From the NCBI GenBank assembly GCA_013265495.1, contig MU058384.1, positions 1,799,690 to 1,863,689 on the forward strand: a stretch of DNA of 64,000 bases, written 5' to 3'. This DNA is from Vicugna vicugna. Lineage: Eukaryota. The notes under the pieces were generated by a model that was not told where the DNA came from, did not search any database, and worked only from the letters and a program-made list of their open reading frames with translations. Within the stretch, counting starts at the first letter, position 1. Each line of letters begins with the position of its first letter. Shown here piece after piece: positions 27,022 to 39,964 of this stretch. Both the position numbers and the translations under genes were made by a program.

Positions 27022-27596
27022 CTGCAATAAAATTGAAACTTTTCAGGACAAACGCAGTCAAAACCATAGGGAAAACCTCTATATTCTTAGAATAGTTTCA
27101 CAGCTACAACCATGTATACGACATTTCTTCAGACACACACGGATTAAGAATTCAATTATTCTTCTAAAATAGAACTCTTTTTTTTTGGCTTTCTGAAGAA
27201 TCAGCTAATTTAACTGTGTTATTCACTTTGTCCTTGGTATCTGGGATCCAAGAATTAAAAACGGGGGGAAAGGCAGGTAAGTTTTGTCTGTGAAGCAAAT
27301 ACTTTACATCATACACTTGATACTGAAAAATAAATCTCTCTCCCCCATCAGTGAACTGCTTGAGACAGAGACTTGACAAAATGGCTGAAATATGAGACCT
27401 TTAGTTTCCTCATAAAATATAATCCTAAATGATTAGTGTTGTCAATATAAATATGTGGTGTATATATTTCTAAATCAAGATGCTTTGTGGTTGTCCGCAA
27501 GTTACAGACTGGGTTGCAAAAGACCATTGTTACATGATATGTGAAAAAAAAACATGTTAAACCGTTGGAGGAAGGTTTACACAGGAAAGTTCTCAC

Positions 27597-27748
27597 CAAA
27601 GAAACACTGGATGACCGTTTCCAGAATAACTGCCCTCCAAAGAATATTTGGGCTAGTAAGAGAAGTTCCTTGCATCATTTATTTCCTGAACATGATACAA
27701 CAGTACTTAATATCTCAACGAGTATTTATTCCCTTCATTCTTGAAGAC
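27597..27748 (-). pseudogene. Exon relic (152 nt)
   Basis: cccttcttctaacctag| ... TTG|gtgaga. Strong splice sites, ambiguous frame (VFKNEGNKY... or ...KELLLLAQIFFGGQLFWKRSSSVSL). Confidence 0.5.
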
Positions 27749-28576
27749 CTAGGTTAGAAGAAGGGATTTATGAAGAGGCTTTCCAGTTCATTGACCTCAA
27801 ACTCTGGCCAGCCCTGCCACGGGAACACCATGCTCTAACTTAGCGTGGGTATTTGTTCTTTTGACCAGAGCATCCATCCCAAAATACAGTGATAACTGTA
27901 TCCCAATTCTGCTTTGAGTGAACGATCCCATCCCCACTCCACGTGTGTGGGGGAAAGTCACACCACTTTACTTCAGGAAAGGGGCCTAAGCTAAGCTGCT
28001 AATTTTGCTCCCATACCCCCACCCCTAACCACACCCAAGCGACAGTGATTGTCTGAAGGATGGGATGGGCACAGTGACCCAATATGGGCCAGAGAGAGAG
28101 TGCCTTTGAGTTCCTAGAATTATGAGGAAGGTACAGGAAGCAATTCTCTCTCTGTCTCATTTTAAAGTAAAGTAATATAAATCTGAATCTGTTGTGAGCC
28201 ACGGAGTAGAGCCTAGAAATAGAGCCTGGTGGCATTGTTTGAGTGTAGAATCAAGGAGAGCCTAAAATTTGCTCCATTTCATCAGAAGGAACATCAAATG
28301 CTAAGTCAGAGTTCAATCCCCAAATCTTTGCAATAAAAAAATAAAAAGAATTCTAACTGGCATTTGAGCTTCTCTACTATTCGAGAAACAACATGTGCAT
28401 TTTGTATCTTAATTAAATCATTATTAGAGACAAGTTTTCAAGGGGAAGTTTCATTAATCTGAGAGAAAACAAAACAACAGCATAAATAGCTATGTATGTA
28501 ATTTATAAATCATGGATATAGCTACCGAGTTTATAGTTAAACTGCAATGTATTAAATTCAAATATTTAATCTATAC

Positions 28577-29301
28577 TTTCCTTATAAAGAACTACAATGA
28601 AGGGTCATGGATATAGCCAATAGGATCAATAATAAGTGTAGATTTAGGGACACAGTTAAGCCCTGCTATGGCTTTCCCAAGAGCATCCTGAAAGCACAAA
28701 TTCTAATCCTGAGCAACTAAGCTATTTCACTCAGCTTTACAGGCATGTAACAATTTCTCCTCATTCTACAGCTCCAAGAACTTTTCCTGGTCAATAATGT
28801 ATTTCAACAAACATTTATAGCTGGATGATGGTGCCTCTTCAGTCACCCACAAGGAATGGAGACTCAAAAGACAATCCTTTGTATACAGAATCCTTTAGAA
28901 ACTATCCTGAGTGAAAAGTCTTACTCCTTGTCAGTTCTTTACTCTCATCAATATCTCCGGTATGGCTTCCTCGGAATGGACTCTGTAGAATCAACCTCCT
29001 ATACAGAAGGTAATTCTGTTATCATTCCAAGTTACAAATTCTTCAGTATATTCTCTTCCTTTGAAAGTGTAGTATAGGCATCAGGTCTGGGTTTTTCAAT
29101 CTTTTGCAAGGGGAAAAAACTTGACAATCTGACCAAAGAATGCTGCTTTATTTTCCTTCCTTCCAGTCTCATGAAGTAGTCAAATTAGTGTCAGCATCAT
29201 GTTGGCATTCATTAACAGTTTTAACTGGTTTTCTTTCCATGTGTATGATCTTGGTGTAGAAATCAGTTTTCGAATTCTTTTCCAGCAAGTATCACAACAT
29301 T
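28577..29301 (-). pseudogene. Large exon relic (725 nt; 241 codons, 10 stops in best frame)
   Basis: ttttcattctgccag|AA TGT ... AAA|gtatag; CCDTCWKRIRKL...FKGREYTEEFVTWNDNRITFCIGG*FYRVHSEEAIPEILMRVKN*QGVRLFTQDSF...YIIDQEKFLEL...STLIIDPIGYIHDPSL. Stop density is only modestly below random. Confidence 0.4.
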
Positions 29302-29461
29302 CTGGCAGAATGAAAATGGACAGCAGTATTCCGATAGAGTTTTAATTCTAATGCTTTCAAACTTGAATATATTTTAGCCCTTTCAATGTGTTTGTACATA
29401 CAAATGATATTATTTAGATCTTAGTTAAATCTAAAATATTTCAACTTTCTGAATAAGAAGA

Positions 29462-29800
29462 TGTTTTAGTTGGGTGTTCTTGGCTACATACAGCAGAAAA
29501 CTGGACCCAAATTGACCTAAACAAATAGGATATTTCTCCAGACTTGGCTGGATTCAGGGCTTAAAAGCTATCACCAAGGCATTTCTCTATCCAGCCCTAC
29601 AATGTGCGGCCTCTTGTCTTGGATTTTCACAGTAGCAAGATAGGGGAAGTGGCTATTGGACCTTCATCCCATGAGGCTTCTTGTCCATCTGGGAAGAAGA
29701 CTCCTTCCTAGAAATCAGTAAATGCCATTGCACTCCCTTGATCCTGATTGGGTGGCTGGGCTACCTCTGAGCCAATCAAGAAATGTAATGTTCAGATTCA
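29462..29800 (-). mobile_element. MLT1-type LTR remnant
   Basis: ttagttgggtgttcttggctacatacagcagaaaactggacccaaattgacctaaacaaa...gctggattcagggcttaaa, reverse old MLT1 pattern. Confidence 0.55.
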
Positions 29801-30431
29801 CTCCACAAACTTCTGTTACCAAAATGGCAAATGAATGATAGAAAGCAAAACAAACAAACAAAAAACCATCTTCTATGAAATGTTCATTACAGAAGACAAG
29901 AATTTTCCTTCATTTTTGGAATAGTTGTATAAAAACCTATGAGGACAGTTAACAGTTAATCTTATTATCTAATTACAGTCAGAAGATTCAGCTTAGGATA
30001 AACTGTATTAAAATACTTTGGGACATTTTCAAATCCACATAGACAATAAGAAGGAAACTCCACATAACAGGTCATTTTATCCTGTAGGTAATGGTATGTT
30101 TTGCAAATCATTCTCAGAACATAATTCTAACCAAAACCACATTCAGAATAGTGCCATACCTAACCCCAGAACTCAGGATAGAAACCTGGGTAGGAGGCAT
30201 AAAAGGGAGTAACTTTTTCTGCTTCATTTTAAGGTTCTAGTATCATAAGTGATATTTGAGAAGGACATACTGACTTCTCCTTGTCTCTTAATAAATTTTG
30301 TCTTTCTTTTAGACTAGTTCATCAAAAAGCAACAAACGTATATTATCTTTTCATTTAAAAGCATTTACAAAAGTTTATTAACATCTCAGTATCTGTCAAA
30401 TGTTGATTTAAAAAAATGGTCATTCTTAGAC

Positions 30432-30665
30432 CTTTTTGCATCTTCTACAAAATAATATTTTAAAGGTACTGCCCGCTGTGTTATCAATTGCCCCTCTGTA
30501 TGGGTCCATGCAAGGAATTCTTCTTGGTTCATAATTCCTGCCTGGAATACAATGTTAGGAATACTGTCTTGTTTTCTTCTGTTTTTTTCTGACTGAACAC
30601 ATATGTTTCTTTTATAATATCTAAAGGAAACTCTAGAATCTATTATGTTTCCTTTTTGGTCTTGT
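30432..30665 (-). pseudogene. Exon relic (about 77 open codons)
   Basis: tttttgtttcctggtag|A CAA GAC; QDQKGNIIDSRVSFRYYKRNICVQSEKNRRKQDSIPNIVFQAGIMNQEEFLAWTHTEGQLITQRAVPLKYYFVEDAK, with no stops. Donor site uncertain. Confidence 0.45.
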
Positions 30666-31289
30666 CTACCAGGAAACAAAAAATATATATTGCTAAATTT
30701 ATGTTAAATTATATTTATGTATTATATTACATTAATGATACAATGTTAGATTTCTGTGGTAATACATTTTTCTTTTTAAAAAATTCTGACCATTCTTTTA
30801 ATCTACATATTAATTTCTTTGTCTGATGTCTGGGAAGTGCCCTAATAAAACGAAAGTGGCCTCAAATCTTATTTAGAAGTAAGGGTAAGGTAACATATTT
30901 AAAATATATGTTACCTTCCTAATTTACATAAAGTTAAATTAAAGTTGAAGGAAAGTTATGTATAAGGACTTTTTGATACTAAAGCCAAAAGCACTGTGGA
31001 GACAGAGAATACTATGGAGGCTCATAAACCATAAAGCATCAGTTTAAGCTTTTTTCCTGAAAACAGAAAAACACAATTTTCAATTAAGTGGTGATTAACA
31101 GCAAGTGAAGTAACCTGAAATAAAACACCACGTCTTTTGATATTGGTACTTTAAATTTTGTTCTAACCTATTCATTGCTTGATTTTTATTGTATATACAG
31201 TGCCATCTGAAAAAATATATTTTCCCTTTCTCTCTCAGAGAAGTTCAACCATTTAACATACATGGAGCTGTCAGAGCAAAACAGGATAC

Positions 31290-31750
31290 TCCATCCATTT
31301 AGTCATCTATTCATTCTTTCAACACACATTTATTGAGCACCAGCTACATACTGGGCATTACATTTTCAACCCTATTCTTGTGGAACCTACAACCCAATGG
31401 AGGAGACAGACATTAAACTGATGAAACAAAACCATTAGATAAGCAAATCATTACAAAATGATCAGTGTTATGCAGAATTCAAAAACAAAGTGTGAGGAGG
31501 AAGAAAAATGGGGAGATTATTTATATCAGGGGATTTGGGGAAAATAACCCTGAAGAAATGGTATTTATGCTGGATGCTGAAAAAACAGCTAGTGTCAGCC
31601 CAGCAGGAAGGAGAACATTCCTAACAGAGGAGAATGGGTGCGGAAGGGCCAGAGGCAAGGAAATGCCCAGTACGTTTGAGGAACTGAAAGGCCTGTATGG
31701 CTGCAGATAGAAGAGCGAGGGGAGCAGTGGAAGAAACAAGGTACAGAAAC
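31290..31750 (-). mobile_element. L2 LINE 3' fragment
   Basis: tcattctttcaacacacatttattgagcaccagcta (reverse L2 tail), followed by typical purine-rich L2 body. Confidence 0.75.
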
Positions 31751-33137
31751 GAACACCTGTTTAAACCACGAGATCAGTCAAACAACACTAACAATGGGGC
31801 AGAGAACAATAGACACGGTGACAGATTGTCCTCAGACTCTCACTGTTAGTTGGTTGAACTAAGATTAATACATGTGCATATGGCACTGATTATAATGAAA
31901 GAGACAAGACGTACACAACGGCTTGCTGCTAGCTGACGTTAGTTCTTTCATTAGCCAACAAATATTTACTACTCTAGGGCTGGATGTACAAAGATGAATG
32001 TGATGGACACCTCTCCTGACTTCATGCAGCCTGTAGTCTAGGAAAGATAAAAACAAACAAGCAGGCAAACACCTGGGATTTTTTCATAGATCAGCAGTGG
32101 TGGGCACGGCTGTTCCATGAAGGAGGCAGAGTAGAAAGCAGTGGTGAACATGGACACGAATGTGTGGATGCAGCAGTTGTGAAGACTGGACAGGAGCCTA
32201 AGGCTCCAGTGGACCAAGGAAATTTTCCCCAGCCAAGAGACTCAGACTGACAGGTATGGGGGAGGGGCTGTTTTGGTGTCACCACGTCAGCATTGCCAAC
32301 AGCTAATCTTCCCCCGTTCTAGATCATTCCCATGCTTCATTTTATTTCCCTCATCAAGTGGAAATACAAATGACTTATAGAATCATGCAGCTTATAGTTT
32401 AGGTTTTTTTATTTTTTAAGAAAAAAATTTATGTTTTTTAACATAAGGTAAAATATTTGATAATTAAACGTCAAATTATTTGTCTCTGTGTGTTTGCATT
32501 TGAGGGAAATTGTGGTTATAAGCAGGCATAAAAATGAACACCGCCAGGAGAATGAGGAACTAACTGTTGCAGTTAGTACATTGTTTCGGTCTCTGACCAC
32601 AGAGGCAGAGTCTGGCAACAAATTTGATTTACAAAGTAAACAATTTTTACAGTTGGGTTCAGCCTGTTGTTTTCTTAAAGGAAATCTATTTTAGTTTGCC
32701 CTGTGAAAAACACAAATTAGCACTTTTCAGAACATTAGGAATCAAACACAGTATCATAAAAGCATGGGGAAAAAAGGAACTAATTTTATCTGCCAGTCAC
32801 AGATGATGTTCAGAATCAAAGTGACATGTGACCAACATTCAGATAGCAAATGTGTGGGGCTCTTCTCTTATCCACATATTTATGTAGATCTGTTTCTTTA
32901 TGTCAGCAGAAGACAACACTCCAGCCATGGTTCATCTATGTGATGAGAATATTAATATTCCAGAATATTCTCTGGAACAACATCTCTTAATATTTCCTGA
33001 CTCTGGAAAGTACTGGCATACTTTTTAACTGAACTCAGAAATTATTTTCAAAGGAAGCCCTAATATCTAAAAAAAAAAAAAGTTTTACATTCAAATTAAA
33101 GTACTTTTAGTAGAAATTTTCTTTCTAGAAATAATCA

Positions 33138-33703
33138 TCAGAGGTGGGGAAATTTCTCCTTTTCCCTCTTAGTACTTTTGGCTGGCAATTAAAGTGACGT
33201 AAGGCAGACTGCCATGAGAAAATCAAATTTACTACATGTGCACAGAGAATCCACGTAAGTATGAAGAATTCCAAAGGCAGCAAGGCAAGGTGAGGTATAT
33301 GTGTGTGTGTATATACAAATATATATATACTCTAGAGTAAGGAGAAGGAGGTAAGGGTCTGAGGCTTCAAGGCAAAGTACAATAATTCACAGGAAGATAA
33401 AAAGATTTAGTGTTTGGTAAATAAATGTTTGCTGGGCCATCCAAAGACAATAGGACACAGAGAGGACTTGGATCAAATGGGCCCTGCTAAGTTCCTCCTT
33501 GTCCACCACACCTATACTTTACTATAGTTACCTATGGTCATAGCTCCTTCCTGGGACAGGTCTCCTATCTTACATTCTTTCAGGCAGTCAGGAGCAAGTT
33601 CAAAGGTTCTTCCCGAATCTTTTGGGCCTTGCTTGTTTTCAGCTCAAAATAATCTGCATTCCAGAGTGGCACATCTTGGGGTGGCTTTTTCTGAGCATCA
33701 TCA
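33138..33703 (-). mobile_element. ERV1 solo LTR (MER34-like)
   Basis: Reverse complement begins tgatgatgctcagaaaaagccaccccaagatgtgccactctggaatgcagattattttgagctgaa, matching the MER34-group LTR start as I recall it. Confidence 0.7.
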
Positions 33704-34577
33704 CCATAATACACAAATTCTGTAACTGGAGTCCTGAACCAGTCACAGTACAAAATAAAAATGCACTGAATACACTCCTCAAAACACAGGTTACTCTCTG
33801 TTCCTTGAGCTTGGAAGGAAGCTGAAGGCCAAGCTACTGAAAACTTTGGGCCAGAGTTTCCAAAACCCAAAGTAAATGTCAAGCATTAAGGCTGCATGTT
33901 TAACACTTGGTGCTAGATAAGGCAATCAAAGATGGGGGTTATAAATCAGTGTCAGTGTCCTAGAGCACCTTGCAAGGTTAAAAGTGGAGTTGTAAGAGTT
34001 AAAAGAACAGTAACCTGAATAGAAACCATTTGTATGGAGATGACAGCGGAGGAGGGATTCCGTTCACCTTCTATATTCCAGGGGACATATTTTGGTTGAT
34101 GGGACCCTTTCCAAACCCTAAAGGAAGGAAACTGGACATGGGGTGGGCACTGCCCAGAGCAATCCATGCACTGTCCCCTGTTGAAAACCAGAGCTGGAAC
34201 AGTTTTGAGAATCTGAGGCTGAATGAATCAGAAGTGGGGGATGGGAGCAGACTGAAAGGAAGCCCTGAGGCAGACTAAGGCCCCTGCAAACTGAAGAGGA
34301 AACAGAAATTATGAGTAAGCAGCGGAAGCTGGTAAGCAAGCCTGGAGAGGAAAACTGAGCACAAGTGCAGAGAGACGATGGTAAGAGACAAACAATGTGC
34401 CTCATGATTCCAGGTGACTTTCCTGTTCAGCCCCAGCTCAAGTGTACATGTGTCCTTATTATTATATAAGTAGGTATGAAAGTAAACACTTTTTCTCAGA
34501 ATCACTTTAATAATTTCTAAAGCTTCCTTGCAAACAAAGATGCTCTAGTCACACACTGATCCAAATCCCTGCTTCAC

Positions 34578-34704
34578 CTTGTGCTGACCACCACGGTCAA
34601 CACCGTGAAAATCATTTTCTGTGTCTCTGAGTGAAGGAAAATCATAATCACTGACCAAAATGAAGCTTCTGATAGAAAATTATTCCTGATCTCTCACAGA
34701 AATC
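34578..34704 (-). pseudogene. Exon relic (127 nt)
   Basis: Long polypyrimidine tract ...ctaatccag| ... AAG|gtgaag. Two frames each have one stop (FL*EIRNNFLSEASFWSV... or ISVRDQE*FSIRSFILVSDYDFPSLRDTENDFHGVDRGGQHK). Confidence 0.45.
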
Positions 34705-36241
34705 CTGGATTAGTATTTGAAAATAAGGAAAGATCCAGAGGAGATAAAGGGAATTAGGGAAACAAACAAACCAAAAAATGATTGCCCCAAGAGTCTCTGT
34801 CCTGGGACACTCACTGTTCAATGAGCAAATATTAATGGAGGATTCAGCAAGAAAAAACCTGCCAAAACTTCCTGCCCCCATGAAGCACACAGACTAGAGG
34901 AGAAGATGTAGAAAAAACCTAAGCAAGTAAGTAAAATATACATTATGTTAGATGAGTTCTAAAGAGTAAACCAAAGCAAACAATGGAGATAAAGAGCTGG
35001 GCGTACAGGGGAGCAGATATTAATAAACAGAAGTATATACAGAAAAAGTTAAGATTATCTGTAATCCCACCAGCCGTAAAGAAATGACTACTAGTTGCAG
35101 AGTGGCAATATTTCCTTACATTTTTTTCCTCTGTGTGTGTATATATACACACAAGCACGCACACATATACAAATTTCATTTTACAAGGACAATTTTTAAC
35201 TCACCTTTCCCCATGACTTTATATTACGAGCTTGTCTGCATGTCATTAAATATCCTAATTCATAAATGTGTAACAATTCTATTTTTATCTTGTGGGTATT
35301 TCAGTTGCTTTCAATTTTTAGTATCATAAATCCACAACAAATATTCTTTTGTGTGTACATATCTGTGTCCTCTGATTATTTACTCAGGATAAATTATTAA
35401 AAGTAAAAATATTAAATATTGGGGAATGAATATCTGTAAAGCCTTTGCTACACTTTGCCTTATGACCTCCAGAAACCTTGATTAATTTTTCCTTAATGCA
35501 TTAGGAATGCATTATTAATAAATTTTCATGGGTAACATTTTATGAAGGGAACCATACTCCATTTAAACCCTTTTCCACTCTATAGAAAGAGCAAAGTAGA
35601 AAAAGAGTCTATCTACATCGCTCATAGAGTATGTACAGCTTTGGGCCACTATCTGCAGAGCATCTCCCTTCCTTTCCCATTCTTACTTGGAGTGCTTCTG
35701 CGTTACCCTGTCTTGAATCCACTAATGGACTCTGGAGTAGGAGGCAGATACCCTATCATCAGTTCACAGGTTTACAGACTAAGAAGAGCTACACTTGGAC
35801 TTGATATAGAGACCCTTGTGAACCATCCCCCAATGAAGACAGTCCTACACCACCCAGAGATACTGGAGTCTGATACCATGACCAGTGGGATCTGGGGATG
35901 TTACCCACAGAGAGGAGCTGGCTATGTCTGACATGCAGGAAGGAAACTAGCCTGACTTTAATTAGCAGAGAGGGAGAAATATGGTGATCATTTATGCCCA
36001 TGTTGGATTTGTACTTCCCCTGGAAGTTAGGCTCATGTGACTGGCTTTGGCCAAGGAAATGTGGGTAGAAGCGATATTCCTTCACTGTTTACAGTTACCC
36101 AGAGAAACAAACTCCTGTCTTCCTTTTTAGAAACTGGTGCCTTCCAAGACCTGCCACCTTTGCCCCCCATCTCTGCCTGTTCCATAGCATATTCTCCACC
36201 TCCCTCAGTAATTATTCCTGTTTATTCTCAGTCCTACTCAC

Positions 36242-36462
36242 TCAAGGTAGTGCTTTCCCCTTTTGAAAGTGAATATTGATGGCAATTTCCGCAACTGGCC
36301 CTCTTCACACTACACATTCTTCCCTATAAACTCAATAATTCATCAAGGATTCCTATGAAGATTTTGCTGATCTCAACTGCTTTTGACCAAACTTCCATAT
36401 AATACAGAGTTTGTAGGATTTCTCTGTTTCTTGGAGATTCAATTTCCTTGCTGAATGTGTAG
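36242..36462 (-). pseudogene. Exon relic with Walker B-like motif (73 codons, 1 stop)
   Basis: gttacag|C TAC ... A|gtgagt; YTFSKEIESPRNREILQTLYYMEVWSKAVEISKIFIGILDELLSL*GRMCSVKRASCGNCHQYSLSKGESTTL. Confidence 0.55.
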
Positions 36463-36479
36463 CTGTAACACGTTTTTCA

Positions 36480-37600
36480 ATTATTATTTTAAAGATCGCT
36501 ACACAATAAAACTGAACTTGGGGGGTATGTAAAATTCCAATGTGTAAAATTCTATATTCCACAAATGTTAACACATATTTGTGTAACCACCACCACAATC
36601 AATATACAGAACAGTTCCATCACCCTAAAAATCTGTGTTCTCTTTTTATAATCATATCCCCCTACCTTTAACTTCTAGTCTTTTCTCTATCACCATAGTT
36701 TTGTCACTTAGAGACTATCATATCATCGGAATAATATATGTAAACTTTTGAGACTGAATTCTTTCATGCAGCGTAACACCTCTGATACTCATCTAAGTTG
36801 CTGCATGTTTAACAGTTGGTTCCTTTTTATTGCTGAGTAGTATTCCATTATACAGATGTACCAAAAGTTGTTTATCTGCTTATCACTGAAAGACAGTTGA
36901 GTCATTTCCAGTATTTGCCATTATGAAGAATTTTATAAACATTCATATTCAGGTTTTTAATGAGTTGAATTTTGTAAAATATTTTTTTCTGTATAAATTG
37001 ATACAATCATTTTTTTCCCTTTAGCTGTTAATATTGTGGATTACACTGATTGGTTTCCAAATATTGAACCATGCTTGCATCCCCAGGCCTCATTGGTTGT
37101 GATGTATTATCCTTTTCGTGTGTTAATGCATTCAACTTGCTAATATTTTTTGGAGAATTTCTGTATCTATATTCACGTGGGATACTGGTCTGTAGTTTTC
37201 TTCTTCTTCTTTTTCTTTTTTGGGTACTAAGTTTGATGTTGATTTCAGGGTAATGAGGATGATCTCATAAAATGCATTGGAGGGTATACTCTCCTTGATT
37301 TTCTGGAAGAGACTATGTAGTATTCATTCTATTCCTTTAAATATTCATTGGAATTTGCCAGCAAAATGATCTGAGAATTCAGACTCCATTTTCTGAAGGT
37401 TTCAAACTTCAAATTCAGTATCTTTAATAGTTAAGGAAAGGTTCAAGATACCTGTTTTATATTGGGTGAGTTTTGGCAGTTTTTGAATCTCAAAGAATTC
37501 ATTCATTTCATCTAATTGTTAAATTCATGTGCATAGAGCTTTTTGTAGCGTTCCCTTTTTATCATTTTAATATCTGCAGACTCCGTAGTGACATTTCTCT
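36480..37600 (-). mobile_element. Old L1M-type LINE fragments (antisense)
   Basis: Reverse 3' UTR (gtgtaaccaccaccacaatcaatatacagaacagttccatcacc...attgctgagtagtattccatt) plus ORF2 remnants (ttgaaccatgcttgcatcccc...). Confidence 0.8.
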
Positions 37601-38479
37601 TTATAGTTTAAAACCATGATGGTAAGATGTAGGGTGTTTTTGCACTTCCGTTATTGCCCTATATGATTTTCAGAAGTAGAAATATTTGGAACTAGGCTTC
37701 TTTTGCATTCTTCCTAAAACTGAAACGTGAGAAAAAACTTTCCTCAGATTTTCAGTGCCTTATCTCCAACCCAGGTCCAAGGATTTGGGTTTTAGGTGAC
37801 AGAGCAAGTTATGGAAGCAAACTGAGTTCACTGGAAACAACTCCAGGACTGAAACTGGCAGGTCATAAAAAGTTAGCAATAAAGGAGATTGTCCCTTTCA
37901 TTGTGCAAATATTCTTTATGGTTTCCAGAAATTATTTGGGAGCTGAATCCTAAAGGAAGAGTCATAAATATGAAATATCACATTATGGTTTTAGGGATTT
38001 TAAGAAAATTTAAGACAAAAGATGTAAAGCACTATATTTAATAACCACCACAAATTATACATACTTCAGTTCTCAATTACAGCCATAAACAAAATATTTA
38101 TAAAATAGAATAAATGTATTTTTAACTGATAATCTTTTGGCTTTTTACTCACCCAGTTGCCATTTTAGTACATTATGTTTTGCTGAGTCCTCCTAAATTT
38201 GCCCATCATTTCCTGATATGATTGTTTGTCAAATTCTACAAATTTTAAAAAACTGGCCCACATTGTTATTCATTAGTTAATGTGAATACTCTTCCAACAG
38301 ATGTATTTGTTCTCATTCCTTTAAAAAGGGAGACAAGTTTTTAAAAAGTAACCTAATAAATTATGAACAAAGCTGCACTTTCATAAACCATCCCCAAAAA
38401 GTTAACTACCTTTTTGGAATTCATCAGCTAAGTCTGTTCATTTATGTAAATTAGTATTTGAAGGTATCTCTACATTAGT

Positions 38480-39930
38480 CAGTTTTAATGTGAGTTTACT
38501 GGCAACAAATACTATCAGATTTTGCTTGAAAAAATGTCAAACGTTCATTCCTGAAGGATATTTTCACTGCTTATAGAATTCTGAGTTGGCAGTTCTTTCT
38601 CACAGTATGTTAAAAATATCATTCCATTGTCATCCAGCTTTCATCATTTTGATTGTTTCTCCTTAGAGGTGATGTGTTTTATGCTCTTGATGCTTTTACA
38701 GTTTTCTCTAACTTTAATTTTAAGCAGTGTCTAGGTATGCTTGGGTTTTTAGAAATTCTTGAATCTTTGGGTTGCTGTCTTGCATCAGTTTTGGAAAATT
38801 CTCAGATAATATCTCTTCAACTATTGCTTATCCCCGATTCCCTCCCTCTCCTCCTTCTGGGCTCCAATTACACATACACAAGAACTTCTCTTGCCATTTG
38901 CCATATATACTTCATTTTCTTTTGTACTTTTCATCTTTTTTATATCATACTTTCTACTTAGCAGTTCAGTAATACTCTGCTCTGTCTAATCTGCTGTTAA
39001 ACTCATTGGATGAAATCTTTTGATGGTTGTGTATATCAACTCTTGAATTTCTATGGACCATGTTTATAGATTTCAGTCCTTTGGCAAAATTCTTTTTATT
39101 TTATTAAATCCATTCATCACAACTATGTAAAAGCATATGTCTAATAACTCCAATACATAAATTACCCTAAGGTCTGTTTTTAATATTTTTGCTTTTGTTT
39201 TTGGCCATTTTGTCCTGTCTTGTGGGATATCTCATAATTTTTTTATTGAATGCTAGGCATTCTGTATGATGAATTATAAGGGCTCTGGATGACATCTTTC
39301 TTTAGAGAGGTTGCTGGGTTTTTATTGTCATTGTTGCTGTTTGTCTTGTTTTTTGTTTTTCTGGAGACACAGGAGATACAGATCACTTTGATCCAATCAG
39401 AGATAACATGATTAAAATCCAACAGCTCTTTGGAAATACCTGAATCCAGTTTTTCTATTTCTCAAACACTATGAAACTGCCTAAAATCCTAGTTAGAAAC
39501 TTGGCTTTCCATTTTCTGCTTTGGGGCATATACTCTCACTCTGTGCAGCATATCAAATATCTATATGGGGAAAAGAATTACAGAATATTAAGCTTATTTA
39601 TCTGCAATTCCCTTTACTCCAGGATCTTGACCCCTCACATCTTAGCTACTTTGATCATACTGAACTCCAAATTTTGACTACCAACTTTGTGAGCCTACCA
39701 AAAGTTCTAAGACTTTTCTTTCTACTTATCTTCACACCTGTGCTACATACTTATTAGAAAATGGCTTCAGAGGATAATTAATAAAGAACATCATGTAGTA
39801 CATCAATGTATTGCCCTTATTTCCAGGGTTTTATCCTGTTACTCCAACAGGTTGTTAGTTGTTCTCTGATGTGTCCAAATGATGTGGTTTTTTTAAACAA
39901 ATTTTACTTTTTTTAAATTGTTCTTGTCAA
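38480..39930 (-). mobile_element. Very old L1 (L1ME-like) ORF1/5' remnants, antisense
   Basis: ttcattcctgaaggatattttcactgcttatagaattctgagttggcag...aatatcattccattgtcatccagct, reverse ORF1 3' region pattern. Confidence 0.55.
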
Positions 39931-39964
39931 GGGAAGAGAGTTGATCTGATATAAACTACTTTTG

